Source of the DNA: Xylographa opegraphella | Lineage: Eukaryota | NCBI GenBank assembly: GCA_022813865.1 | Contig: JALDZX010000008.1 | Span: 496,001 to 560,000 of the forward strand | DNA: 64,000 nucleotides | Reading direction: 5' to 3' | Shown: positions 23,925 through 35,597 of the stretch, piece by piece | Layout: the number at the start of each line of letters is the position of its first letter | Numbering within the stretch: the first letter of the stretch is position 1 | Program-made: the position numbers and the translations under genes | The notes under the pieces: generated by a model | Seen by the model: only the letters and a program-made list of their open reading frames with translations | Told to the model about the DNA's origin: nothing | The model's database searches: none

Positions 23925-25631
23925 ATGGCGACCACTTCACCACCACCGCCGGCTCAGACATCAGCAGCAAGTATCCTACAGTTAGCAGAGGCAACCTTCG
24001 GTCAACTCCCACTATGTGTAGTATGTCTTCAATTCCCGAGAAAGACTTCCTCGCCTATACCTAGGTTCATTGACTGAATACACAATCATCTAGCAAGTGG
24101 CTGCCATGAAGGCCGTGTCGACTAGCACATGTGGTCTGGACGCGTCCTGCTTGTGCAGCGACGACACCTTTCTCAGTTTGCTAGAGTCTGCTGTCGATAC
24201 GGATTGCAGCCCAGCTGACGGAGAGAGTGAGTGGTTCTTTAGAATCGACTCCTTCCATACTTTGAGTTGTTCCTAACGCTGCATTCCTTTAGAAACTCTT
24301 GCCCTTGCGGGCCAACTATGTACGACAGCCGATCCTAGTCTCAATGACTCTACTGTACCTGTGGTTATCGGAATTCTTGTTACTATCATGACTCTTGCTA
24401 TCGTTTCTGTCGTTGCACGACTTTATTCCCGCAAGCTCTCAGGCATCAAGCTGTCGTGGGACGATTATCTCATAATAGTAGCACTGGTAATCATCCTGTT
24501 CAGTCAACTCTGACGTGTTCAATGAGCTCATGCAACTAAGGTCTTTACACTTGGTCTGAATGTGGATACGTTATATGGTACGCATGATACTCATCCATAA
24601 TCCACAGACATCTAACCACTTGACTCGAATAGGAGTGCACTTCGGACTCGGAAAGCATGTTGTGACCTTGACTCTCGAGCAGATCACAAAGTTTGCTCAA
24701 GTAAGCTATTTTGACCGCGATGCTTCCGTCCTCGGTGATTGACTGATTCAGGCTTACTGGGCGTCGCAATTGATCTTTGCATGTGCTAGCAATATGATCA
24801 AGATCTCGATCCTATCCTTCTATCTTCGAATATTCCCCTCACGACGATTCAGACATGCCGCTGTTATAGTGGGCCTTTTCGTCCTGGCTGGGTGGATAAG
24901 TTTGATTTTTGCTGTTGTTTTCAGCTGTAATCCCGTACAATACGCCTGGGACAAGTCAATACCTGGTGGCTCTTGCATCAATATTAACTCCCTTAGCTAC
25001 GGCATAACCGGAGCCGGATTCATCACCGATCTTATGGTACTGTTGCTACCATTGCCACCACTCTGGGGATTGCAAATGCAATCATCTCGGAAGCTCGCAA
25101 TCATAGGAATCTTCGTCCTTGGAGGCTTGTGAGTTGGTGAAACTTCGATCCGAGTGGCGACCGGCTGACAGCTCTGAAGCGTTTGCGTAGCAGCGGTTGT
25201 CAGGCTTCCTTTACTGGTCAGCATGAACCAGTCCGATATCACGTGTGAGTATCTCTTCGCCCCAACTAGCTGCGACGCTATTGTAAGAAGTGCTCAACTT
25301 ATTTGGGACTTCAGGGACCGCGGTCGAAGCCGGCTTATGGATCAACACCGAATGCAGCCTGGGCATTGTCTGCGCCTGCTTGCCTATTATGCGACCGCTT
25401 TTCCGAGCGGTTTCACCGATGGTGTCTTTTCGCTCTTATATATGGAAGCACAGCCGGGGTACTAGCCGTATTAGTAGCAGCCGCGATGCCAGAAGCACTT
25501 CTACAGATAAGATCGTGTCCGTCGAGACCTATATCGCTCCTCATAAGGATGGAAGTATAGAAATGCAAAATCAAGTCAGTAAACCAGGATCGCACGATGC
25601 AAACCGTTGCGTTTCCATTTTGCAAAGCTAA
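23925..25631 (+). CDS. CFEM-domain PTH11-like membrane receptor, multi-exon
   Basis: Spliced LPLC|VQ...TCGLDASCLCSD...DC...LC (CFEM), then SWDDYLI, GLGKH, IKISILSFYLRIF, CNPVQYAWD and GIVCACLP. Confidence 0.9.
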
Positions 25632-26742
25632 CAGGCAACAGCAATATCGCACAGTCGAAGTGAAAAGTGGATGGTGAAAACGGTACAATCAGATGAAATG
25701 GCGGGATTACAACCGGAAAACGCCAAATCCAAGGGCAGCGACGGTAGGAAAATGAAAATTCAAATTCGAAAGGACAGCGCCTATCTGCACAGAAGAGGTT
25801 GCAGTCTAGATTCTCTTTCTGCTGCGTGGTGGCTCAGCGGCCACATCTTTTGGGGGCTGTCTCTTGTCATTCACGACTCACGTTACATCTGTGGGGGATT
25901 GGCCACATATGTTCCGCCCGATTGTATATGATCCTTTAGGTGCTCGGAAAGAACCGAGGGTACTGTATATAATAGAACGATGAATAAGCTATCACATAGG
26001 TTACGCCAGTATGATAATAAACCATTTCCGCATTTTACCCCATCGAGCATCAGCCAGCCGCCAATCACCAGGACCACATCAGCGATGAGAGTCTCATCGG
26101 GTGATACAGCTCTCGTCCCTTTCGGTACAAGGGACCTCTGGACGGGGAAACATAGGCAGTCTGCGGTTTGAGATCAGGCTGTCGATTGCGCAATCGTAGA
26201 CCATATGGAGAATTTCTGCCTTGCTGGACGTATGACCGAACACAGGCGGTCCGCATGCGCTGCTTTGGCTCGATGGTGGCTTACCGCGGGCAGAAGATCA
26301 TAGCGAAGGGAATTATTCCTGTTTTGCTGGAAGGGACAATGGGAGGCAAGATACAACGTTTATACATAAACCAGCTCGACACTTCACCTGTGCATGCCTC
26401 TCGTAGCATTACTCGTCGTTCCTCGCGCGTTGTCGTAGCCACAGATGGCACTAAAACTTCACTAGTCTAGCGCCAGAATAAAATACACTAGCTCGCCCCA
26501 CGACCACGAATGACGACGCGTGCCCACAAACGCGGGGCAAAATCTAACCGAAATTCCCCGCAGTCGAGTTGGGGGGGGGGAAATCAGCTGAGTCGAGTTT
26601 ACTAATTTCTGCAACAACTGCTTCCCCCCATCCACGCACGCCGGATATCGAGATTCTTGCTCTCGGAGCCAGCAATGTACAAACACCGCTGAAGCTCAAT
26701 TTGAGCCGTCCGACTCCCCAATCCCCCCTCGCCTTGCTCGCA

Positions 26743-28296
26743 ATGGTCCTCCCCGTCCGCGTGGCGCCCTCGGCGGCGACGAGGGCGCTCAACCTCCTCC
26801 GCACGGTGCAGTATACGCATCCGCACAGCTGCCCGTGCCATTCGAGCCCCGGCCACCATCACCATACCCCGGGCCTGCTCAACCAGGCGAAGAGGTCACT
26901 GGCAACGCCTCTCGACAGCTTGCGGCAGAAGGAGTATGCCTTTGAGATGGCGGCGTCGAGCATCCGGTTCGGGCCCGGGTGCACGAAGGAGGTGGGCATG
27001 GACTTTAAGAACTTGGGCGCGAAGCGCGTCTGCGTCGTCACGGATGTCAATGTGGCCAAGCTGGATGCGATGAAGCATGTCACGCAGGCGCTGGACAGTG
27101 AGGGCATCAGCTACACTGTCTACGACCAAGCGAAGGTGGAGCCGAAGGACAGCTCGTGCGTTCCCTGCTCCCCCCTCCCCCCACAGCCGTGTCCTCAACC
27201 CATATACTGACCCACCCGCCCCGTCGGCAGCATCCTCGAGGCCATTGCTTTCGCCAAGCCCTACGCCCCGGACGCCTTCCTCGCTGTCGGCGGCGGCTCC
27301 GTCATCGACACTGCCAAACTCATGAACCTATACACCTGCTTCCCGGACGCCGAATTCCTCGACTTCGTCAACGCCCCTCTCGGCAAGGGCCTTCCCATCA
27401 CACGGCCTCTCCTGCCCCTGATCGCCGTGCCCACCACCGCCGGCACGGGCTCGGAAACGACCGGGTCCGCCATCTTCGACCTGGTGGCCAAGAAAGCCAA
27501 GACGGGCATCGCCCACCGCGCGCTGAAGCCGACCCTCGGCATATGCGACCCGCTAAACACACGCACCATGCCCGCCGCCGTGCACGCCTCCTCCGGCCTA
27601 GACGTCCTGTGCCACTCGCTCGAGTCCTGGACGGCGATCCCCTACCACGAGCGCGTGCCCCGGCCCGCGAACCCTATCAACCGCCCCGCCTACCAAGGAG
27701 CGAACCCCATCTCCGACATCTTCTCGTTGCAGGCCCTCCGCAGCACGGTCGAGTACCTTCCCCGTGCGGTTCGGGACCCGGACGACCACGAGGCCCAGAG
27801 CCAGATGCTGCTGGCCGCCACCCTAGCCGGCGTTGGCTTCGGCAACGCCGGCGTGCACCTCTGCCACGGCATGAGCTACCCCATCAGCGGCCAGAACCCG
27901 GGCTACACGCATGCCGGCTACGTCACCGACCGGCCGCTGATCCCGCACGGCGTCAGCGTCGCCGTCACTGCGCCCGCAGTCTTCAAGTTCACCGCTGCCT
28001 CCAACCCGGACCGCCACCTCGCCGCCGCCGCCGTCTTCGGCGTCGACGTCAGCCAGGTCAAGCGCGAGAGCGCTGGCGAGGTGCTGAGTGACGCGCTGGC
28101 TGAGTTCCTCATCGGCCTTGGCGATCAGCCGAGGGGCTTGAAGGCCCTTGGCTTCGCGCCCCGGCATCTGGACGATCTGATCGAGGGCACGTTGCCGCAG
28201 AGGCGGGTGCTGATGCTGGCGCCGAACTTGAGCGAAGAGGTTGGGGAGGAGAGGGAGCAGTTGAGGGGCTTGTTCGAGGAGGCGATGGAGTATTGA
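26743..28296 (+). CDS. Hydroxyacid-oxoacid transhydrogenase (Fe-containing ADH family, ADHFE1 orthologue), mitochondrial, 1 intron
   Basis: EYAFEMAASSIRFG, VGGGSVIDTAK, PTTAGTGSETTG and GNAGVHLCHGMSYPI. Intron 27156-27230. Confidence 0.93.
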
Positions 28297-28429
28297 GTGG
28301 TAGAGGGTATGGAGGATGGTGGAAAAGGCTGAGAGTTTGAAGTGTGTTCGGAGAATGTATTCTGTACATGTATTGAAAACGGCTTGCTTCACCATCAGTG
28401 TCGTCTGGTATAAGTAAGATTATTTCTAG

Positions 28430-30303
28430 TTTCATCTTCTTCTTTTGCCTCGGATCTTTCAAGAAGTGCATTTACCATATTCAAATTGCCACGCCACGCA
28501 GCTATGTGTAATGCTGTAAGCCCATCCACAAGTCTCGCAACAATGCGAGCTCCGTTATCGATAAGGCATTGAACTATCTATTTCAGGAGAAGAACACTCA
28601 ACCCCAAGCTGTAAAAGGATTCTACCGGTAGTATCGCGGCGGTCGGGTATTGAAGACTCCTGCATGCACCGTTCTTTCACGAACTGGAGATCACCGGCGC
28701 AGATGGCTTGACAGAGTTCAGTAGTATTACCAATGTATGCCATGTCCGTCCATTCGTTATCAGTTGACGGATTAAAGCTGCCGATTGTCTGACGCCCGGG
28801 GTCGTCCTTCATAAATTCAATGTATCCAGAGACATAGATCTTGCTCTCCTCCAAAGCCGCCGCACGTTCCTCTTCGGTGGCCGGCTGTGGGCAAGTACCA
28901 CAGAAGTCGTGTACGACTGAGTTTGCATTACCTATAAGGCAAGGATGGCGATGTAGGGATATGGTTCTATCTTTCTTCGTGTTCCATTCAGCGTTCAGCA
29001 GCAAATTTTTATAAACATAAGCTTCTCAATTTTCATGGCGTTATACCTTGGTCCATAGGGTATAGTCAACTATTGCTAACGTCAGCGAAGCCTCTGAAAG
29101 TGAGTAACCTTTTTACTGCATGGTAATTGGCAATCTCGTCTTCATAAATCCATTTCGCGACACCGTCTGGTTCCTGATCCTTCATATTACCACTCAAACT
29201 TTGATCGTAGTATGAGGGCAAAGCCGGCCTCCCCCGCTCGAAGCGCCGCTGAATAAGATACTGTTCTTGGTCAGAAGTTTTAGGTAGTGTCTCTAATACG
29301 AGTAATCTTGCTAGACCCATGGTTCGAGGGAACGACCCTTCAAAAATTGTAGGGGTATGCGATCTCGTTTCAACAGAGGCCAATACCCTTCGAATCTTCG
29401 ACGAGAATAATTACTCAAACGACTCTCATAGCTTTGAGATCGCCGAGACAGGTCAATTATGTTGGTTTGCGTGATGAAAGCTGCAATGGCTCGGGGTGCG
29501 CCATACACCTGACTTCCGTCGTATGCGAAGCAGGAACAGTCAACGTCAAAGCCTGTGAATATCTCCGAGATTGATTTGTAGAGTCGAGCGATAATTTGAA
29601 CATGCCTCACCGGGTACTGCGAGGCGATGCTGATAGCATTTTTGGTTCGAATAGTCTATTCAAGATCAGGTCAACGTTCAGGAAACGCAAACTGAGCGAC
29701 ATACCGTTGTCTTGGCCAATATCGAATTTCGTATGTGAGTCTCGATGTGCTTAATCTTCTCGAGTGCAGCTGAAGCATCAAGTCCATAAATGAAGAGATC
29801 AACATCACTGGAGGGGATGCTAGAATTTGACGGTAATATTTTCCGAGAGCCCTCTTAGAAGTATTGCGTTTCTCAGGAACGGGTCACAAAGACGTGACCA
29901 CACTGCTACCAGCCGCGACGACATTGTTCCAATCAAGGTCCACTAAAGACGACTCGGAAAACAAATCAAAGTTCTGCTTGAAATCCTTCAATATAGGCAC
30001 AATTGCAGGAGCTCCAGATGGCTTCCTTTCCTTCGAGTCCAATGGAAACATGTACTTCTCGTTCTCAGCATCGTTGTCAAGACATCTAGCACGAACCTTC
30101 ATAGTATCCGCATGTCCGGCATAGATAGGTACTGTATTTACGCATGAATCCTGTAGAAGATCATGGTTGCGATGTTAGACAAAGGCTTCTCGCACCTTAT
30201 AATCGTAGTCCTGGAACGGACGAATGAGGTCCGAAACCGGAGTGTCCGGGTGTTTTGCAAGGAAAGCAATGAAGTCGTGGCAAGGAGAAGGAAGATCTGA
30301 CAA
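28430..30303 (-). pseudogene. Decayed, 3'-truncated fungal ankyrin-repeat protein with N-terminal nucleotidyltransferase-like domain
   Basis: Collinear motifs DLDWNNVVAAGSSV, SDVDLFIYGL, FTGFDVDCSC and DGLTALHIAA (ankyrin). In-frame stops at 30175-30177 and 29884-29886, frameshifts near 29815, 29340 and 28580, and no ATG at the expected start. Confidence 0.88.
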
Positions 30304-30906
30304 ATTGAATGAAGATATATCGATTGAAGCTAGCGCAATAGTTGGAAGCGTAGGAAGAAATAATCGAGAAGCAAGAGAGATAGAATAGATGGATCACAAT
30401 CTATACTTTACAACGAAACTTGAACCGCACGAGACGCTTTATAGGAATTGGCAACGCGTCCCAGGAGAAGACAATTTTACGTCTCGACGCGCTATTCACG
30501 AAGTCTGGTGCAGAAAGGTAGAGACAATGTTGAATTGTGATGCGTAGATTGTCAAACTAAGGCGCTGGAGCCTGAAGTATAGGAGCACTAAGCCATCAGT
30601 GGCCACTTGATTTGGTAAGAGACCTATGCATCTCAAGAAGAAAGATCATGTACCATGCATGATTGGATGTTCTTGAGTCACAACAATTGTCATTTGCCTC
30701 ATCTTAGGTATTTCTGCTGAGGGAGGTTGTTGGAGAGAGACGACAATCATCAGAATTCTGTCGGTACTAAGCATTGGCGCTTAGTCATACGAGTGCTCAA
30801 TCCCGACTCCGAACCGGCAAATTCAGATCAACCAAATCAGATACACCGGTCTTGTCTCAAGCTCCAACTGTTCGCACCTCAATTAAGATATCGAGTGAGG
30901 CTAAAG

Positions 30907-31610
30907 ATGTCGACTACACAAGAGCTCACATACTCCGACGTCGCTGAGCACAGTTCAAAAAAGGTTTGGTCTCCTTCCTTCAATAACCCCCCTTATCCGC
31001 CCCGACTAATACTGCTTGTCTATAGGATCTGTACGAAGCCCCATTCCGTATCTTTGAGGCGCCGCATCAGCAGATTTGTTAACCAGTCTGAAGATATGTC
31101 GTGGTCCACAACAAGGTTTACAATGCCTCCTCGTTCATAGACGAACATCCGTGAGCTTTCGACCTTTTATTGCTTGGTTATCTACCACGAGAGAACTGAC
31201 GTTTTACTCAGTGGTGGTGAGGAAGTGCTACTTGATGTGGGCGGGCAGGATGCGACGGAGGCCTTTGAAGATGTAGGACACAGCGACGAGGCGAGGGAAA
31301 TACTCGAGGGCTTGTTGGTCGGGTCGCTGAAGCGTGCAGTATGATAACCCACCCCCCATTTGCCCCTTTATTCTTTCAGAATCCTTAGCGGCTCTAAACG
31401 AGATCTTGTTCCATATCTGCTGACGTTGACTTCTCGAAGCCGGGCGATCCAGAACCTTCCACCACGACGACAAATACAACGGCCAGGAGCACGACTAGCG
31501 GCACCAGCAGTGCAACCGGGATGGGAGTCGGCCTTTATGCAGCTATTTTGATTGGTGGTGCTTTGGCATTCGGCGCATATAAATACATGCAGGCGAAATC
31601 GGAAAGTTGA
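30907..31610 (+). CDS. CYB5: Cytochrome b5, tail-anchored, 5 exons
   Basis: Spliced [19 protein letters not shown]...DEHP|GGEEVLL...[12 protein letters not shown] contains the HPGG and GHS heme ligands, followed by a C-terminal TM helix. Confidence 0.95.
31026..31030 (+). other. 5-nt microexon (GATCT) of cytochrome b5
   Basis: Flanked by TATAG and GTACGA. Needed to restore the frame and the K-D-L-Y sequence between introns 30964-31025 and 31031-31093. Confidence 0.85.
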
Positions 31611-32009
31611 AGGACATCGAGAAATTCACGGAGATAGGTATTTAGAATACTTTTATGGGCCTTGTTGGTGATATCGGAGCTGCTCAACGCAGGTATTATG
31701 CGATATACCTTTCATTTGAAATGGAGAGGGAACCTTGGCAGATATGATCGCTCTGGCCTGACTCATTCATGGATCTCAATGTTCATAAATGAGGTCTGAA
31801 CGATATCATAGAGTCAATCTATTTAGCAATGCAGATTGCACATAAATCTTAACGCCCCTTGTCTGAATTCAAGGGATCGTTTTGCATGCAATGTATTTAC
31901 AACGCCATCGTATACTAGTGGCAACGTGGTCGATGTTCCTATTGTCTTAAAGCGGCAAGGTTACGGTCTCCCAAACTCCTAACTTGACCAGATTCGACAT
32001 GATACCCGT

Positions 32010-34245
32010 TCATCGATAGAAATCATTGGGATTGCTACCCGATCCTTCACCATATCCAGGCTGTTGTTGTGCTTTTGGGGGCTGATAAGCTTGATAAACT
32101 CCTTGGGGGGGGCCGGTATTCAGCACTGGATAGGGAGTTTGAAGATTAGGACTGGGCGCTCGTGGTGCTGCATGAGATGGTGGAAGTCCCTGAGTAAATT
32201 GTTGTTGTTGAGGTCCATGATATGAGGGCTGTGATTGCGAAAATTGTTGTGGTTGTGTTGTTGGAGGTGGCTCGTGAGAGTCTTCGGGTGAATAGACGGA
32301 AGGAGAGTAATCACCTGATGGGTGCATTTTTGTCTGAAATTGTGGCTGATAAGATTGCGGGCGATTATCAGTTGGACTAGAGTATGAGGATGTGCCCAGC
32401 TCTTGTGGGTGATCATAGGTCGATTGAGGACGATGATGATATGGGTCACTTGACGGAAGCGGTCCAGTACCCGAGGGCGTTCGGTTTCGCGGGACTTGCG
32501 GTAGATATTGTGGTTGCTGCAGCTGTTGAGCATTGGCCTGACCTGCAAGGTAAAAGGGAGCCGGCCCGGACTGTGGCGGATTTTGACCTTGAGGAAGCCG
32601 GGAATCTATTGTTCTTAGCCACGGCTGTATAACTTGCACAAGAAAGCTCACCTTGAGGGTTCGGACTATAGTACCTCCCAACGTCTTGTTGTGGGGGAGG
32701 GCCTTGTGAAGGGTAGGCACCGCCATATCCATACTGAGGCTGACTTGGACGGGCATAATTTAGTGGTATCGTTTGTGACATTGAAGCTTCCAAAAGAGTC
32801 TCGTAGTCTCGCCTAGCTTTGATGAATTTCTCGTTCAGCTGGGTGAAGTCATCTGATACCATATTAGGAAACATGTATATATAAGGCGGCGACATCAATT
32901 ACCTTTGCGCTGCGAATATTTACCGATAAGCTCGATGAGCTTAGGCCTTATGGCAAGAGTGGAATGATACAGAGTGGTGATCTCCTCGTTATCTCGAACG
33001 TTGAGCTCCGAATTGCTTGTGCTCAATAGTGTAAGTAGCTTCTCAACGTTCTTAATTTCGGCAAAAACTTCAGCCTCCATCTGTGCCTCCCGTTGCAGAT
33101 CTTCTTGTGTAGGATCCGACAGTTTCTCGACGTAGTTTAGAGGGAATATCCCGGTTTGGCCTCTCAATGATCCTTTCCACCAGTCTTTATACACAGATTC
33201 TAGGACGGCAATAATATCACCTTTTTGAAATTGCAGTTCTCCGGGCTCTGATGGCTGGAAATCGAACAAAGCACGAACACGGGAAACAGTTGCTGCTGTA
33301 GTACCAGATGGAACAGGCTGAGACTGAGGAGCCGCTTGTGATGCTGACGGGGATATGGTTGTAGGATCCGCCTTTTGCGACGAGCTTGGCCGTGGATCAG
33401 ACTTGTCTTTGACAGATAGTGCTAGCGCCATTTGCAACTCCTCTTCCTCCTTTTGCCGGTCCACATCAGTTATTTGCCTCTTTGTGGGTTTCGAAGGAGG
33501 GTGTATGTTTGGATCTACCCTTATCTTAGCAGCTGTTGAGGATCAATACCAGGACACCCTGCTTACTTTGGTTTTTGAGCTTCATATACGCTTGTTCCAT
33601 GATTCCGAGGTCAGGGTCCCGCGAAAACATCTCAGCCCATTCCGCCATCCGCTCCAGAATCTTGGCCTTAACCTGTTGATGTGTATTCTATCCCTGTAAG
33701 CGGGCGTTATGTTTGGCGTCCCGATGTCGAGACTTACACGATCATTCGTCAACCGCAACAGCGCATCCGTGAAGCTTCTTGAAGCTAGTTCTCTGTGTAA
33801 TTTCGGACCGCAATTTTGGGACAGCGCATTCGCCAGCTACAGATAGCTGTTAGTTGCGGGAAGAATCGGGTTTTCGGTGTTCCATTGTACTTCGAGTGTG
33901 TATAGCTGGACATTTGCATTCCGATGTGCAAGTCTCTTGATCATCGATGCAACAACATCTTTTGGTCTTGCAAGGTGTTCGACTCAGCGAGGACATCTAA
34001 GCCTGGTGAAGCGTAACTGACCCTGTGTCCTCCGAGTTGGCTCGATCGCAAACATCCTGCGATGCGTAAGCCAGGTTCGTCTATTCACTCCGACCATTAG
34101 CTATACCAATATGAATTCCCAGTTTTCTGAAGTAAGATTCTCGTCTGTTGCTTTCGCTGTGGACTTATGAGCCGAGAATATCAAGAGCGGTTCAAGATAT
34201 CCTACCAACAGCTTCGTCGAACGCATTTTGCTGCGCTCGAAACAT
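32010..34245 (-). CDS. HSE1: ESCRT-0 subunit Hse1/STAM (VHS-UIM-SH3-GAT), multi-exon
   Basis: MFRAQQNAFDEAV|AKATDENLTSENWEFIL (VHS), EEEELQMALALS (UIM), VRALFDFQPSEPGEL...WWKG...GIFPLNYV (SH3) and a Q/P-rich tail. Confidence 0.95.
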
Positions 34246-34642
34246 TTTGTTTAATAATAATCTCTGGCTAGTTTCTTTGGCTCAAGTTGAAGCTTCAAGA
34301 CCCGTGTTCTGTTGACCTGGAGCGTTGAGATGTCTGGAGAGGTAGTAGACTGCCTGTGGCCTGTGGCCCAGTGACGAGTACCTACCGGGGTACGTACTAC
34401 TAGAGTACGCAGACGTAGCTTGGGGGCTTGGGGGACACGGGCCACGCGCTTCGCTGGAGTTAGCCTAAATCTAGCGGCTCTCAAGCCACTGTGGCGATTG
34501 ATGGGCAGACCACTTGGCACTAGGTAGCTCGTTTGCCCAACTTCAATGTTTACATCACGGATAAGTTCGTAAATTATGACCGCAAGGATCTCTATGTTTG
34601 ATGTCCTGTCGAAAGATCAAACAAAGTCTTTCTGTAGTTGCG

Positions 34643-35110
34643 ATGGCGAGGATGCTCGAAGTTCGGGCCTCGACGGTCGGCTCGAACACCTTTACCAATC
34701 GGCAGCCAGGTAGAAACATCAGGATCCTTCATACAGTCATGTCAATCATAATCCGACTCCCCTTCTGGCTCCTCTACTCCATCCCAGCGGCTCTCGGTCC
34801 ACAGTCACAATGGACGTATTGCCAGGCGATCACTGACAACGTCTTGAAGGCGGGAACCTATTTCGTTTGCTCGATGTGGGTAGCCCCAACGCTATCACTT
34901 GATCCTGGAAAAGAGTAAGAGAGGTCCGTCGTCTTCGAACTTGCGCCGGCCAACCTCTATCAGGGTGTACTCGAAGACAAGATCATCAAGCTCGCTACAA
35001 TCGAACAGACATGGTATCCAGTCCCATCCGCAAAGACGAAACTCAGGAAAGGTTCATCCTTCATTTCCACGGAGATGCCTATGCTTTAGGTACTGGCCGT
35101 GACAAGGAAA
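34643..35110 (+). pseudogene. Fragment of an alpha/beta-hydrolase (HSL-like esterase) gene
   Basis: RLPFWLL...WTYCQA...SLDPGKE*ER...YQGVLED...TWYP, then a frameshift to FILHFHGDAYALGTGR (degenerate HGG box). Stop at 34916-34918 and no downstream GxSxG. Confidence 0.75.
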
Positions 35111-35597
35111 GTCCGCTGTTTCTGGAGCCTGATATGAGCCCTTCCAAATATTCCAAAAGTAGCTTGAATCACTTGATTGGTATCCAGGGAAACTAAAAGC
35201 GGTGTTTATTCCAATCCCTCCCTTGAGTATCTACCTTAATGTTCATCAGATTGTCGTGTTCAAATTGACATGAACGTCTCCCTAGAGTTCAATGAGATAC
35301 TTTTATGGTCAAATTCGCGATTTGAAATTCCATGAAAATACTGCGCATGGGGCCTCGTCGGTACTCCCTTACCTACCTTAAGCGTTTGCACTGTCACTAC
35401 CTTAAGGTAGAGAGAGAGTGCTCAGGGAGAGAGTGAACGCGTGAGAGGTGGGAGTATATGCACAATGACGTAGGCCAAGATCTCGACCGTCAACAGCGAA
35501 TGACCTTCAATCACCCAGCATTTCGAAGATGATTGACAGATACTGAGTCTGAAGTCTAGTGATCATTTAAAACACATAGATCCTAGCGACAGCGAAT

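Noticed and set aside
14229..25631. Secondary-metabolite cluster (TF, P450, membrane proteins)
   Set aside because: No backbone enzyme in the window, and the genes are separated by unrelated loci.
1..30303. Starship-like giant element carrying the accessory half
   Set aside because: No DUF3435 tyrosine recombinase or boundary repeats are visible. It cannot be excluded beyond the left edge.
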